Below are positions 37,980 through 48,088 of a stretch of 64,000 nt of DNA, piece by piece. Numbering within the stretch: the first letter of the stretch is position 1; each line of letters begins with the position of its first letter. The notes beneath the pieces were generated by a model. The model ran no database searches, was not told the origin of the DNA, and saw only the letters and a program-made list of their open reading frames with translations. A program made the position numbers and the translations under genes. This DNA is from Lentisphaerae bacterium RIFOXYA12_FULL_48_11 (GTDB taxonomy: Bacteria > Verrucomicrobiota > Kiritimatiellia > UBA8416 > YA12-FULL-48-11), in contig MHBM01000243.1 of the NCBI GenBank assembly GCA_001804885.1, positions 28,119 to 92,118 of the forward strand. Direction: 5' to 3'.

Positions 37980-37988
37980 TGGTATATT
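37980..37988 (+). promoter_or_regulatory. candidate extended -10 promoter for tRNA-Ser
   Basis: TGgTATATT lies about 25 nt upstream of the mature tRNA 5' end. There is no convincing -35 element. Confidence 0.3.
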
Positions 37989-38012
37989 CTATGGTTTCAA
38001 AATTACATTCAT

Positions 38013-38103
38013 GGAGAGGTGGCCGAGTGGCCTAAGGCGCAGCACTGGAAATGCTGTGTGCTCCTAAAGGGCACCGTGGGTTCAAATCCCACCCTCTCCG
38101 CCA
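38013..38103 (+). tRNA. tRNA-Ser (anticodon GGA), CCA encoded
   Basis: Acceptor stem GGAGAGG/CCTCTCC, anticodon stem-loop CAGCA-CTGGAAA-TGCTG, a long variable arm, a T-arm GGGTTCAAATCCC, discriminator G, and an encoded CCA. Confidence 0.95.
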
Positions 38104-38125
38104 CTTTGGTATATTTAGGGTATAT

Positions 38126-38377
38126 TCAGTACTTTTTCTCGTACTCGCCTTTGCCAAGCTTTTTGAGTTTATGAAATCCGGCAGCTTTAGCACGGGCATC
38201 GAAGCCACTTTTTGATGAACCAACCGAGGTTACAGATACTTTCTTTCCGATCTGATTACCGCATTTTGGACATATAACTAAATGAGGATCTGAAAACTTC
38301 ATCAGCAATTCGAACCCTGATTTGCAGTATTCACAACTTTTATCTTCATCAATTGCCTGAAATTCATATATGGGCAT
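38126..38377 (-). CDS. FmdB-family zinc-ribbon protein
   Basis: MPIYEFQ...CEYC...CPKCG is the CxxC-CxxC FmdB signature. Start at ATG 38377. Confidence 0.8.
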   Translation of the reverse strand: MPIYEFQAIDEDKSCEYCKSGFELLMKFSDPHLVICPKCGNQIGKKVSVTSVGSSKSGFDARAKAAGFHKLKKLGKGEYEKKY

Positions 38378-38428
38378 AAAAAATAACCTCTTCAAATTAT
38401 AATAGGCCGCACGATGTACGCAACCCTG

Positions 38429-39901
38429 CTAATCAATTTTCAAGGGAACGAAATAGTGCATTCGGCCATCCGTTATGCGTAGTAAGACACGTTTTTTAGC
38501 TGACTCTAAGGCTTTCTTGAATTCAGTAACATTTGATACCGATTTGGTATTGACGCCAGTAATGACGTGACCTGCTTGGATTCCAGCCCTTGCCGCATCA
38601 CTGTCAGGATCAACTTCGACGATCACAACACCATACTCGAGATCGATCTCGAATCTCTCTGCTAATTCTTTCGACAGGTTTTTAACGTTGATGCCAAGCT
38701 TTTCAATGCTCTTTTCCCCTTCAGGGAATGTCAAAACTCCAGCGCCGGCAACGGAGTCATCCTGTAATTCTGCGGTTGTAATAGAGAACTTCTCTTCCTT
38801 TCCATCTCTTGAGATTGTCACGTTTAGCTTTGTACCGGGTGCTTTTGATGAAACTTCGTTTCGAAACTCTACTGGACTTTTAACATCTTGTCCGTTTAAT
38901 TTGACTATGATATCACCATGTTTAATTCCCGCCTTTTCAGCTGGAGAGCCCTTCATCACATTGGAAATTATAATTCCCTGGTGATCTTTAATTCCAAGAG
39001 CATCTGCCATGTCTGATGTTATTTCTTGAGGATATACGCCAATATAGCTCCTTATGACCTTTCCAGATTTAACAATTTGATCTTTTATATTCTTTGCCAT
39101 GTTGATAGGTATCGCGAACCCTATACCCATGGAACCTCCGTTTTGGCTGTAAATAGCTGTATTGATGCCTACGACTTCAGCGTCAATATTGAGTAATGGC
39201 CCTCCAGAATTACCCGGATTTATAGCTGCATCTGTCTGAATAAAATCTTCATAATCGGCTATCCCCATTCCGCTTCGTCCTTTTGCACTTACTACACCTA
39301 CAGTTAGTGTCTCACTAAGCCCAAATGGATTTCCTACAGCAATGACCCATTCACCTATCTCCAAAGCCGCCGAGTCCCCCATTTTTAAGTATGGAAAGTT
39401 CTCGCCCTCAATTTTTATGACCGCAACTTCCGTCTTGGGATCAGAACCAATTTTTTTCGCCGCAAACTCACGGCCATCATGAAGTCGAACAGTTATCTTG
39501 TCGGCATCACCGACTACATGGTTATTTGTAAGTATGAAACCATCCTTTGAGATCAAAAAACCCGATCCCTGCCCCTGCTGTTTGAATTCCTTAGGCATAG
39601 GACGTCTATTACGCATTCCACCTCCAAAAAATCGTTCTAAAAGCTCGTCACCAAAATAGTCATATGGATTATTGAAATTATAACCATTCGGAGAACCCAT
39701 ACGTAAATTGATTGATTTTTCTACCTTGAGAAATACAACAGCCGGAATTGCTTTTTTCGCTGTCTCTGAGAAACCAGGAGAAGCTTTTTGAGGATGCACA
39801 ACATCTGATGAAGATGCACTCTTTACAATATTAGCGTTCAGAAAACATAAAATAAACAAAGTAATCGTACCCAACTGTCCAAAATTATACATAGCTTTCA
39901 T
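38429..39901 (-). CDS. htrA: periplasmic serine endoprotease DegP/HtrA (two PDZ domains)
   Basis: Signal peptide. Catalytic His in TNNHVV and catalytic Ser in GNSGGPLLN. Two PDZ-like blocks (GDIIVKLNG and GHVITGVN). Confidence 0.95.
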   Translation of the reverse strand: MKAMYNFGQLGTITLFILCFLNANIVKSASSSDVVHPQKASPGFSETAKKAIPAVVFLKVEKSINLRMGSPNGYNFNNPYDYFGDELLERFFGGGMRNRRPMPKEFKQQGQGSGFLISKDGFILTNNHVVGDADKITVRLHDGREFAAKKIGSDPKTEVAVIKIEGENFPYLKMGDSAALEIGEWVIAVGNPFGLSETLTVGVVSAKGRSGMGIADYEDFIQTDAAINPGNSGGPLLNIDAEVVGINTAIYSQNGGSMGIGFAIPINMAKNIKDQIVKSGKVIRSYIGVYPQEITSDMADALGIKDHQGIIISNVMKGSPAEKAGIKHGDIIVKLNGQDVKSPVEFRNEVSSKAPGTKLNVTISRDGKEEKFSITTAELQDDSVAGAGVLTFPEGEKSIEKLGINVKNLSKELAERFEIDLEYGVVIVEVDPDSDAARAGIQAGHVITGVNTKSVSNVTEFKKALESAKKRVLLRITDGRMHYFVPLKID

Positions 39902-40238
39902 AAAATGTCTCCTTTATGCGTAAATAACTTTTACATTTAAAATCTTAGCATTCTTTATACCAAAAGCAATTCCGGCTAATCGACTCAATAAATACGCCTT
40001 TGCTACTGCTTGATTTCGTTTTTATTTTCCTTATGGTAAAATTGTGTATTTGATTTATTGTGTCAGATTGTCACAGCAAATATGACATATCGTCCAAAGC
40101 ACAATTTTCGACCGAAGCATTTTGCAAATCTATAAACAGATTCCATGACTGCTCCTCTTTGCAAAAGCTTCTAAATGAGAAATCACTTGTTTTTGCAATG
40201 TGGTTAGTTTAAACAAATCCGAAACAAAGGACAAATTT

Positions 40239-42086
40239 ATGTGCGGAATCGTAGGATATGTGGGGCCACGGAATTCTATTAACATTATTGTTTCGGGGTT
40301 GCACCGACTGGAGTACAGAGGTTACGATTCTGCAGGAATCGCTCTTTGCCTCAAGAATAACGAGAAGTTAGTCCTTGTTAAAACTCCGGGAAAGATTTCT
40401 GATCTCGAAACAGCAATAAGTAAGGCTCTTCCGGTCAAAGATAACAGGACTTTCACCCTAGGAATAGGTCACACGCGATGGGCAACACATGGTGTGCCGA
40501 ATCAAGTCAACGCGCACCCCCACCTCAGCCGAAGTGGTGAATTTGCAATAGTTCACAATGGAATAATAGAGAACTACGCTGATCTTAAGTCTAGACTTAT
40601 TAAACAGGGATATACGTTCAAAAGCGACACAGATTCCGAAGTAATCGCGCACCTCATCGAGCAATGCTACGAGGGTAACCTCAAAGGGGCCGTGGCAGCA
40701 ACGATGGAAAGATTAGAGGGGACTTACGGTATAGCAGTCATATCATCCAAGCATCCAGATACAATTGTTGCGGCTCGGAAGGGTAGCCCAATTGCAGTTG
40801 GTATTTGTGATGGAGAAACTATAATCGCTTCAGATATCAGCGCTATTATCAATTACACCAAGCAGGTCATTTTTCTGAATGATGGAGACATCATTACGGC
40901 AACGGCAAGCAATATCGACATTTCATCTGTAAAGAATATTCCTGTCTCACGCGAAATGACACATATTGACTGGGATATTCGTGACATCGAAAAAGGTGGT
41001 TACGAACATTTCATGTTGAAGGAAATTCACGAACAACCTCTCACAATCGCGAATGCTATTCGCGGGCGACTCATGGAGGCAGAAGGCACGGCGAAATTAA
41101 GTGGTATGCAGATGGATCCTCGCGAAATGGCACGGATCGACCGCATTGCCATAGCAGCCTGTGGAACATCCTACCACGCAGGTATGGTTGGAAAATATTA
41201 TTTTGAAGATATTGCGGGAATGTCTTCAGAAATTCAACAGGCTGCAGAATTCCGCGACCGTAACCCCATCATTCAACGTGATACATGCCTTGTTGCTATC
41301 AGCCAGTCGGGTGAAACCGCAGATACGCTCGCTGCAGTACGCGAAGCTCACCAGAAAGGAGCGACCGTACTCGGGATCTGCAATGTCGTTGGATCCACAA
41401 TAGCGCGTGAAGCAGGATGTGGGGTGTATTTGCATGCCGGTCCTGAAATCGGGGTAGCTTCTACGAAAGCATTTACGAGCCAAGTTTCCGTGCTGGCCAT
41501 GCTCGCGATAGCTTTTGCCAGAACTCGCCGTCTGTCTGTCAATGCTGGTCGTGAAATGATTCATCAGCTGTCAGTAATGCCAAAGATTGCGGAACAGGTT
41601 ATTGCCCAAGAATCAATAATTATCAAGATAGCAGAGAAGTACGCGGGCTCACGTGATTTCTTCTACATTGGGCGAGGTTACATGTACCCGGCAGCACTCG
41701 AAGGCGCTTTGAAACTGAAAGAAATATCATATATACATGCAGAGGGTTACCATGCTTCAGAACTGAAACACGGCCCTATCGCATTGCTTGAAAAGAATGT
41801 ACCTGTTGTCGCGCTTGTACCAAATGTCCCTGCGAAGATAAAAACCATGGGTAACATACAGGAATGCAAGGCACGAAATGCGCCAGTAATTGCAATTGCA
41901 ACAGAAGGAGACAACGACGTTAGGAGCCTGTGTGATGATGTTATATTCATTCCTCCATGCGATGAATTCCTTACACCTATTCCGGTCACAATCGCAGAAC
42001 AATTGCTTGCATACCATATTGCCAGAATCCGAGGATGCCCTATTGATCAACCAAGAAACCTTGCAAAATCAGTAACCGTCGAATGA
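40239..42086 (+). CDS. glmS: glutamine--fructose-6-phosphate aminotransferase
   Basis: The obligatory N-terminal MCGIVGYVG fixes the start at 40239. Two SIS domains and a C-terminal KSVTVE. Confidence 0.97.
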   Translation: MCGIVGYVGPRNSINIIVSGLHRLEYRGYDSAGIALCLKNNEKLVLVKTPGKISDLETAISKALPVKDNRTFTLGIGHTRWATHGVPNQVNAHPHLSRSGEFAIVHNGIIENYADLKSRLIKQGYTFKSDTDSEVIAHLIEQCYEGNLKGAVAATMERLEGTYGIAVISSKHPDTIVAARKGSPIAVGICDGETIIASDISAIINYTKQVIFLNDGDIITATASNIDISSVKNIPVSREMTHIDWDIRDIEKGGYEHFMLKEIHEQPLTIANAIRGRLMEAEGTAKLSGMQMDPREMARIDRIAIAACGTSYHAGMVGKYYFEDIAGMSSEIQQAAEFRDRNPIIQRDTCLVAISQSGETADTLAAVREAHQKGATVLGICNVVGSTIAREAGCGVYLHAGPEIGVASTKAFTSQVSVLAMLAIAFARTRRLSVNAGREMIHQLSVMPKIAEQVIAQESIIIKIAEKYAGSRDFFYIGRGYMYPAALEGALKLKEISYIHAEGYHASELKHGPIALLEKNVPVVALVPNVPAKIKTMGNIQECKARNAPVIAIATEGDNDVRSLCDDVIFIPPCDEFLTPIPVTIAEQLLAYHIARIRGCPIDQPRNLAKSVTVE

Positions 42087-43306
42087 TACACCTTCCCGAA
42101 CAAGTCCAAAAACTCATACAAAACGGAGCTGTAATACACAGTCCTTATTCTGTTGATATAGATTCATCTGTTGACCTGACTCGTATTTCACCAGATATTA
42201 CCATTCATGCAGGATGCCGTATCAAAGGAAAGACAACATCGATTGGACCTGGGACTGTCATCGGAGAAGAAGGACCAGTCACTATTGCGGACTGTCAACT
42301 GGCGGCTAACGTTACTCTTAAAGGAGGATCGTTTACAAGGGCAGTGATGATGGCAAACATGTCTTTCGGCTCATGCGCACACGTGAGAGAGGGTACTCTA
42401 CTGGAAGAACAGGTCTCTTGTGCACATTCAGTTGGATTGAAACAAACGATACTGATGCCATACGTTACTCTCGGAAGCCTTATCAATTTCTGTGATTGCC
42501 TGATGGCAGGAGGCACTGATAGAAAGAATCACAGCGAGGTTGGGTCATCTTATATTCACTTTAATTATACACCAAACCAAGACAAGGCTACTGCATCCCT
42601 TATCGGCGATGTACCTCGAGGCGTAATGATAAATCAAAGACCCATTTTCCTTGGTGGACAGGGAGGCTTGGTCGGTCCCTCCAGAATTGAATACGGAACA
42701 GTTATAGCTGCCGGCACAATCTGTAGAAAAGATAATCTTGAGGCAAATATGCTGCTTTTTGGAACAGGGCCACGTAATTCCGGCGCCTTGCATTATGATT
42801 CAACAATTTATGGAAACATCTCCCGTACCCTGTCAAACAACTTTATTTATATTGGCAATCTTCATGCCCTTTATCATTGGTACAAACACTTCCGCCGACT
42901 ATATCTCATGAAGGACTCATTCGACCGTGCTTGTTACGAAGGTGCCATTACCGTCCTTCAATCAATATTGCAGGAGCGTATTAAGCATCTTGGCAAGCTG
43001 GCGGACAACATGGATCGTTCTATTACGGCTGCAAAACATAAATTCGCAAACAAACTTCCGGATCAACCATACGCACTTCAGAAGAAATTCGCAAAGCAAT
43101 GGCCAAGGCTGTCTTCACGCCTTGAATACGACGCCAACGCAGGTCTCGCTACGACCATGAGGAAGAACTTCATGAAGGCCATAGACAAGAATTCTAAAGC
43201 ATCATATCTCGACACAATAAAGCACCTACCTGCTGAAACGAAGACAGCAGGAACATTGTGGCTGCAATCCGTGGTGGATTCGATTTCGGCACTCTGTATT
43301 TCCTGA
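42083..43306 (+). CDS. left-handed beta-helix (hexapeptide-repeat) protein with helical C-terminal half
   Basis: About 230 aa of hexapeptide-like repeats (IHAGCRIKGKTTSIGPGTVIGEEGPVTIADCQL...), then a helical region of about 170 aa. ATGA overlap with the glmS stop codon. It occupies the glmU position between glmS and glmM but has no nucleotidyltransferase domain. Confidence 0.55.
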   Translation: MIHLPEQVQKLIQNGAVIHSPYSVDIDSSVDLTRISPDITIHAGCRIKGKTTSIGPGTVIGEEGPVTIADCQLAANVTLKGGSFTRAVMMANMSFGSCAHVREGTLLEEQVSCAHSVGLKQTILMPYVTLGSLINFCDCLMAGGTDRKNHSEVGSSYIHFNYTPNQDKATASLIGDVPRGVMINQRPIFLGGQGGLVGPSRIEYGTVIAAGTICRKDNLEANMLLFGTGPRNSGALHYDSTIYGNISRTLSNNFIYIGNLHALYHWYKHFRRLYLMKDSFDRACYEGAITVLQSILQERIKHLGKLADNMDRSITAAKHKFANKLPDQPYALQKKFAKQWPRLSSRLEYDANAGLATTMRKNFMKAIDKNSKASYLDTIKHLPAETKTAGTLWLQSVVDSISALCIS

Positions 43307-43402
43307 ACTTATCAGCAATTCTTGCTGGAACTATAACCAGTCCGCATAGTATGTTTATTTCTACTCGTATGACGCAAAAGCTGACTGAGAAAGGAATCGA
43401 AA

Positions 43403-44755
43403 ATGGGACGACTTTTCGGAACTGATGGTATTCGGGGTGTTGCGAACACTCCTCCAATGACCGCGGAAGTAGCTCTTGCAGTCGGAAGAGCTACGGCATA
43501 TGTCTTTAGAAATCACAACAAACATCACCACCGAATAGTTATTGGAAAGGATACACGTCTTAGCGGTTACATGCTTGAAAATGCACTCGCTTCAGGGATT
43601 ATATCGATGGGCGTAGATGTCCTGCTTACTGGTCCAATGCCCACGCCCGGTATTGCCTTTACAACGAGAAGCATGCGAGCAGATGCAGGAATTGTGATTT
43701 CTGCCTCACATAATCCCTATCAAGATAATGGCATAAAGATATTCTCCAGTGATGGATTCAAAGTTTCCGAAAGTATCGAGAGACAAATCGAAGAGTTGGT
43801 AGTATCTGGTAAAATCAATAATATAAGGCCAACCGCTGACAAGATCGGCAAGGCGCATAGGATTGATGATGCTATCGGCCGTTACATTGAACTTTGTAAA
43901 AGTACGTTTCCTGCTGACCTTACGTTGGATGGAATGAAACTCGTTGTGGATTGTGCGAATGGTGCAACTTACAAGATAGCGCCAACCATTTTCTCCGAAC
44001 TTGGTGCAGATGTCAGAGCCATTCACTGCGAGCCTGACGGAAAGAATATCAACGACAACTGCGGGTCTCAGTTCACAAGAGACCTTTCAATTGTTGTAAG
44101 GAAGACACGCGCTGATGCGGGACTGGCTTTCGATGGCGATGGGGATCGCCTTATCGCCATCGATGAAAAAGGAGCCGAAATGACAGGCGACCATCTTATA
44201 GCCATTTGTGCCGAAAAAATGAAAATGCGTGGAACCTTGGGGAAACCAATGGTAGTAATTACTCCCATGAGCAATATCGGCCTGCGAATCGCCCTTAACA
44301 AAATGGGCATAAAATACAAAGAGGCTGATGTAGGTGACCGTAACGTTCTTGAATTGATGCAGAAAAATAACATCACCTTGGGCGGAGAACAATCAGGACA
44401 CATCATATTCAGAAACCTCCACACGACGGGTGACGGCATCATATCGGCTTTGCAGGTCATGGCCGCTGTAAAAAGGCGTAAAAAACCGCTTTCTGAAATG
44501 GCGCGTATTATAAAAGTCGCCCCTCAACAACTCATCAACATCGATGTAGTGCAAAAACCACCCATAAATTCTATTAGCTCACTGAAGGCTGCAATTGCAC
44601 GAGCGGAATCAAAGCTTGGGAAGCAAGGACGTGTATTAATTCGCTACTCAGGCACACAAATGCTGTGCCGTGTGATGGTTGAAGGCCCTACAAAACGACT
44701 TACAAACCATATCGCGTCTTATCTAGCGGATACGGTTCGAAAAGCAATAGCATGA
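43403..44755 (+). CDS. glmM: phosphoglucosamine mutase
   Basis: MGRLFGTDGIRG N-terminus, active-site Ser in ISASHNP, and the FDGDGDR metal loop. Confidence 0.95.
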   Translation: MGRLFGTDGIRGVANTPPMTAEVALAVGRATAYVFRNHNKHHHRIVIGKDTRLSGYMLENALASGIISMGVDVLLTGPMPTPGIAFTTRSMRADAGIVISASHNPYQDNGIKIFSSDGFKVSESIERQIEELVVSGKINNIRPTADKIGKAHRIDDAIGRYIELCKSTFPADLTLDGMKLVVDCANGATYKIAPTIFSELGADVRAIHCEPDGKNINDNCGSQFTRDLSIVVRKTRADAGLAFDGDGDRLIAIDEKGAEMTGDHLIAICAEKMKMRGTLGKPMVVITPMSNIGLRIALNKMGIKYKEADVGDRNVLELMQKNNITLGGEQSGHIIFRNLHTTGDGIISALQVMAAVKRRKKPLSEMARIIKVAPQQLINIDVVQKPPINSISSLKAAIARAESKLGKQGRVLIRYSGTQMLCRVMVEGPTKRLTNHIASYLADTVRKAIA

Positions 44756-44906
44756 CATCATAAATACTGATTGATCCAATACCATGGTCCCGACTTAGTT
44801 CCCCTGTCAGTTATTTCTGTTAAATTATCAATCAATTCTGCTATTCCCAATAAATAATCATTCTGATAATTTTAAACAGTCACTAATACTGGATAAAAAA
44901 AGATAT

Positions 44907-45761
44907 ATGAAATTACACAATTCCAATGCAGAAATTTTTGTGCCTGATGGTGTAACAACCGAGAATGCGCTTTCGAGAAGCACGCATATGGGGTTCGGAG
45001 CACATCAGGATGACATTGAAATACTCGGATTTCATGGAATCCTGGAATGTATGAACACACCTGGAAACTGGTTTACAGCCGTCACATGTACTGACGGAGC
45101 CGGAAGTCCAAGAACAGGTCGATATACCGCTTACAGCAATGAACAGATGCAGGAAGTAAGATGGCAAGAACAGCGTAATGCCGCAATGATTGGACGTTTC
45201 TCCGCTGCAGTTCAGCTGAAGCACCCCAGTTCTGAGATCAGAGCACCCAAAAACACCTCAGTCCTTGACGATTTCAGGAATATCTTGTCACAGGCCAATC
45301 CCACAGTCATTTACACTCACAACCTGGCCGACAAACATGACACACATTTAGGTGTAGTTCTAAAACTGATTACCGCGCTACGTGAACTACCTCACGAAAA
45401 ACGGCCCAAGAAAGTGTACGGCGTGGAAATATGGCGTGGTCTCGATTGGATGCCGGACGATGCAAAGATTATTCTCGATGTTAGCGGTGCCGATCATACT
45501 GCTGCAGCCCTGCTCGGTGCTTATGATTCGCAGATTGCAGGCGGTAAGAGGTATGATCTGGCCACAATGGGACGCTGGCGGGCCAATACAACATATTTTG
45601 ACGGTTATAGCGTGGACAAAGTTCAGTTGACCTCTTTCGCCATGGATTTAAGCCCTTTGATAATGAAAAGCACTCTTGATATTGTTGATTATGCTGCAGA
45701 GTATATTAACAAATTCAGGAATGACGTGATCGACAGACTTCACAAACAAATTGTACAATAA
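44907..45761 (+). CDS. PIG-L/LmbE-family N-acetyl-sugar deacetylase
   Basis: GAHQDDIE matches the family motif (A/P)H(P/Q)DDxE. A downstream His-Asp-His type motif is present in ADKHDTHLG. Confidence 0.7.
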   Translation: MKLHNSNAEIFVPDGVTTENALSRSTHMGFGAHQDDIEILGFHGILECMNTPGNWFTAVTCTDGAGSPRTGRYTAYSNEQMQEVRWQEQRNAAMIGRFSAAVQLKHPSSEIRAPKNTSVLDDFRNILSQANPTVIYTHNLADKHDTHLGVVLKLITALRELPHEKRPKKVYGVEIWRGLDWMPDDAKIILDVSGADHTAAALLGAYDSQIAGGKRYDLATMGRWRANTTYFDGYSVDKVQLTSFAMDLSPLIMKSTLDIVDYAAEYINKFRNDVIDRLHKQIVQ

Positions 45762-45862
45762 ATAACATGGAGAAAAAATGTACTTAGCAGGCAGGTCTAA
45801 ACATCATTGTAAATTATCTTTGTTGAATGATTGAATTAAACAATACAAATGAGGAGAAACAA

Positions 45863-46987
45863 ATGCAGGTTCCATTCTACGGTCATGTAAAACAATATCA
45901 CAATATCAAAGCAGAAATTGACAAGAACATCAGCGAAGTGCTGGAAAGTGGTCAGTATGTTATGGGCCCGATGCTTACTCGGTTTGAGAAGGAACTGGCA
46001 GTTTATTGCGGTACTAAATATGCAATAGGTGTCGGTAACGGTACTGATGCAATATGGCTCGTTCTTATGGCTCTAGGTGTCGGTCCTGGTGACGAATGTA
46101 TTACAACGACAAATACTTTCTTTGCTACAGCCGAAGCTATCTGGATCGCTGGAGCAAAGGCCGTTTTTGTCGATTGTGACCCCATGACAAAGTGCATTGA
46201 TCCAAACAAGCTAGAAAAGGCCATCAACAAGAAAACAAAGGCTATCATCCCCGTACATCTCTACGGTCAATGTGCCGATATGCGCGCGATTCGAGCCATT
46301 GCCGACAAACACAAGCTTTTCGTTATTGAAGACAATGCGCAGGGAATTGATGGCCACGGGGGAGACTTTAAACAGGGTGAACTAAGCGATGCAGTCACAA
46401 CAAGTTTCATTATCCAGAAGAACTTAGGCACATTTGGAGACAGCGGGGCTATTGTCACAAATAATTCTGAAATTGATAGACAAGTCCGCAAAATGCGAAA
46501 TCATGGCTCGGAGAAGCGGTCTTGTCACAGCTATGGTTTTAACAGTCGTCTAGACGATATTCATGCCGGCATTCTCTCAGCAAAACTAAAATATATTACA
46601 AAATGGACTGACCAAAGACGGGCTTGGGCCGCTAAATATACTGAAGGTCTGCGAAGTGTTAAGAATTTTACACTGCCATACGAAACTCCAGGCTATCGCC
46701 ATGTCTATCACCTGTATGTGATCGAGACTAAAAAGCCGGAGAAACGTGATGTGCTGCTCAAATTCCTTAACGATAACGGAATTGACGCAAAATGCCATTA
46801 TCCGATAGCAATCCATCAGCAGGAAGGCTTTCCGTGGGGTAAGAAGGCTCGCATTTGCGGAAAACAGAAACACTCCGAAAGGAATGCAGCTACGTGTGTA
46901 AGTTTGCCTATGTTCCCTGAACTGACTTCAGAAGAAGTTAATTACACCATAGCCAAACTTATCGAATGGGACAAAGCACAGAAATAG
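45863..46987 (+). CDS. DegT/DnrJ/EryC1/StrS-family sugar aminotransferase
   Basis: GVGNGTDAIWL, IIPVHLYGQ, FVIEDNAQ and a Lys in SFIIQKNLGTFGDSGA. GAGGAG ribosome-binding site before ATG 45863. Confidence 0.88.
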   Translation: MQVPFYGHVKQYHNIKAEIDKNISEVLESGQYVMGPMLTRFEKELAVYCGTKYAIGVGNGTDAIWLVLMALGVGPGDECITTTNTFFATAEAIWIAGAKAVFVDCDPMTKCIDPNKLEKAINKKTKAIIPVHLYGQCADMRAIRAIADKHKLFVIEDNAQGIDGHGGDFKQGELSDAVTTSFIIQKNLGTFGDSGAIVTNNSEIDRQVRKMRNHGSEKRSCHSYGFNSRLDDIHAGILSAKLKYITKWTDQRRAWAAKYTEGLRSVKNFTLPYETPGYRHVYHLYVIETKKPEKRDVLLKFLNDNGIDAKCHYPIAIHQQEGFPWGKKARICGKQKHSERNAATCVSLPMFPELTSEEVNYTIAKLIEWDKAQK

Positions 46988-47017
46988 AAGGACAGAGTCT
47001 TCCATCAGGAGTCAGAG

Positions 47018-48088
47018 ATGAGTAACGTTTACAAAGTGGTTGTAATTGGTATGGGAAAGCGGGGAAAGCATCACGCAGCTGCATTTCATGCAAATCCTCG
47101 CTTCAAGGTCGTGGGAATCTGCGACATAGACCGTGCAAAGGTCGATGCTGCGGCTCCACAACTGGGAAATCCTCAGGTTGATACTGACGCGTCCGCTCTT
47201 ACCTCATCATTGAAACCGGATGTGTTCTGCTTTTGTACCCTCCCCTCTATCAGGCTCGACCTGATAAAGCTGGGAATAAAATGCCGCGCAAAACTTATTG
47301 CCTTTGAAAAACCTGTAGCGATGTCAAGTGTTGAAGCCATTAAAATCAAGAAAATTCTCGACCGGAGTGGCGTGAAAGTGGTTGTAAGTCATCAGCATCG
47401 TTATGGAGAACATTATCGCAAGGTCAAGGAAATCATCGATAGTGGTGTCCTTGGGCGTGTGCACACTATCCACAGCGTGGCTAGTGGATGGATGATGCAT
47501 ATGATGAGTCATCTCATCGACTATACCAGGTGGTATAACAATGAAGCTGAAGCAGATTGGGTTATGGGACAGGCAGCAGGAGTTGGGAAATTCAGGGATG
47601 TCCACGCTTCGCCGGATTATATCGGTGGATTCGTTCAGTTTGCCAATGGCGTCAGAGGAATTGTGGAATGTGGGGCGGGAGCGCCTGATGTTCCAGAGGT
47701 GGACTACTGGTGGCGTAAATGCCGGATCAACGTACAGGGCACAGAAGGTTATGCAGAAGTCCTAACTGGTGGGGGTTGGCGTGCCGTTACAAAGGATGGA
47801 ATCGCATCAGGTGGCGGATGTATGAATTATGACAACGATATGCCGCCTTATATCCAGGAAATGGCTGACTGGCTGGATAATGACAGCAAGGTGCATTCTT
47901 GCAATTTTTCAAGTGCATACAAGGGGTTTGAAATCATGATGGGGCTCTGTCGTTCCGTCATAGAAGGTGGACAGATCGCCCTGCCATTGACAAAAGGTTC
48001 CAGAGAGCTGGAAAAGCTTCAAAAGAAAATTCCCAAAGTAAAGGTCATGGCATCTACACCTGCAAATGCGAAAGAATATGGTGTTTAA
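47018..48088 (+). CDS. Gfo/Idh/MocA-family NAD(P)-dependent sugar oxidoreductase
   Basis: N-terminal Rossmann motif VVVIGMGKRGKHH and FEKP. 356 aa. Confidence 0.85.
   Translation: MSNVYKVVVIGMGKRGKHHAAAFHANPRFKVVGICDIDRAKVDAAAPQLGNPQVDTDASALTSSLKPDVFCFCTLPSIRLDLIKLGIKCRAKLIAFEKPVAMSSVEAIKIKKILDRSGVKVVVSHQHRYGEHYRKVKEIIDSGVLGRVHTIHSVASGWMMHMMSHLIDYTRWYNNEAEADWVMGQAAGVGKFRDVHASPDYIGGFVQFANGVRGIVECGAGAPDVPEVDYWWRKCRINVQGTEGYAEVLTGGGWRAVTKDGIASGGGCMNYDNDMPPYIQEMADWLDNDSKVHSCNFSSAYKGFEIMMGLCRSVIEGGQIALPLTKGSRELEKLQKKIPKVKVMASTPANAKEYGV

Noticed and set aside
38032-38223. 63-aa minus-strand ORF
   Set aside because: It overlaps tRNA-Ser in antisense and the 3' end of the FmdB-like gene, so it is spurious.
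39902-40238. 337-bp htrA/glmS divergent intergenic region, checked for a glmS ribozyme or other leader RNA
   Set aside because: I could not find the conserved glmS ribozyme core. I saw only three TTGCAA hexamers (40121, 40158, 40192), a TGTGnCA...TGnCACA imperfect palindrome (40058-40074) and short hairpins. This is too weak to call.
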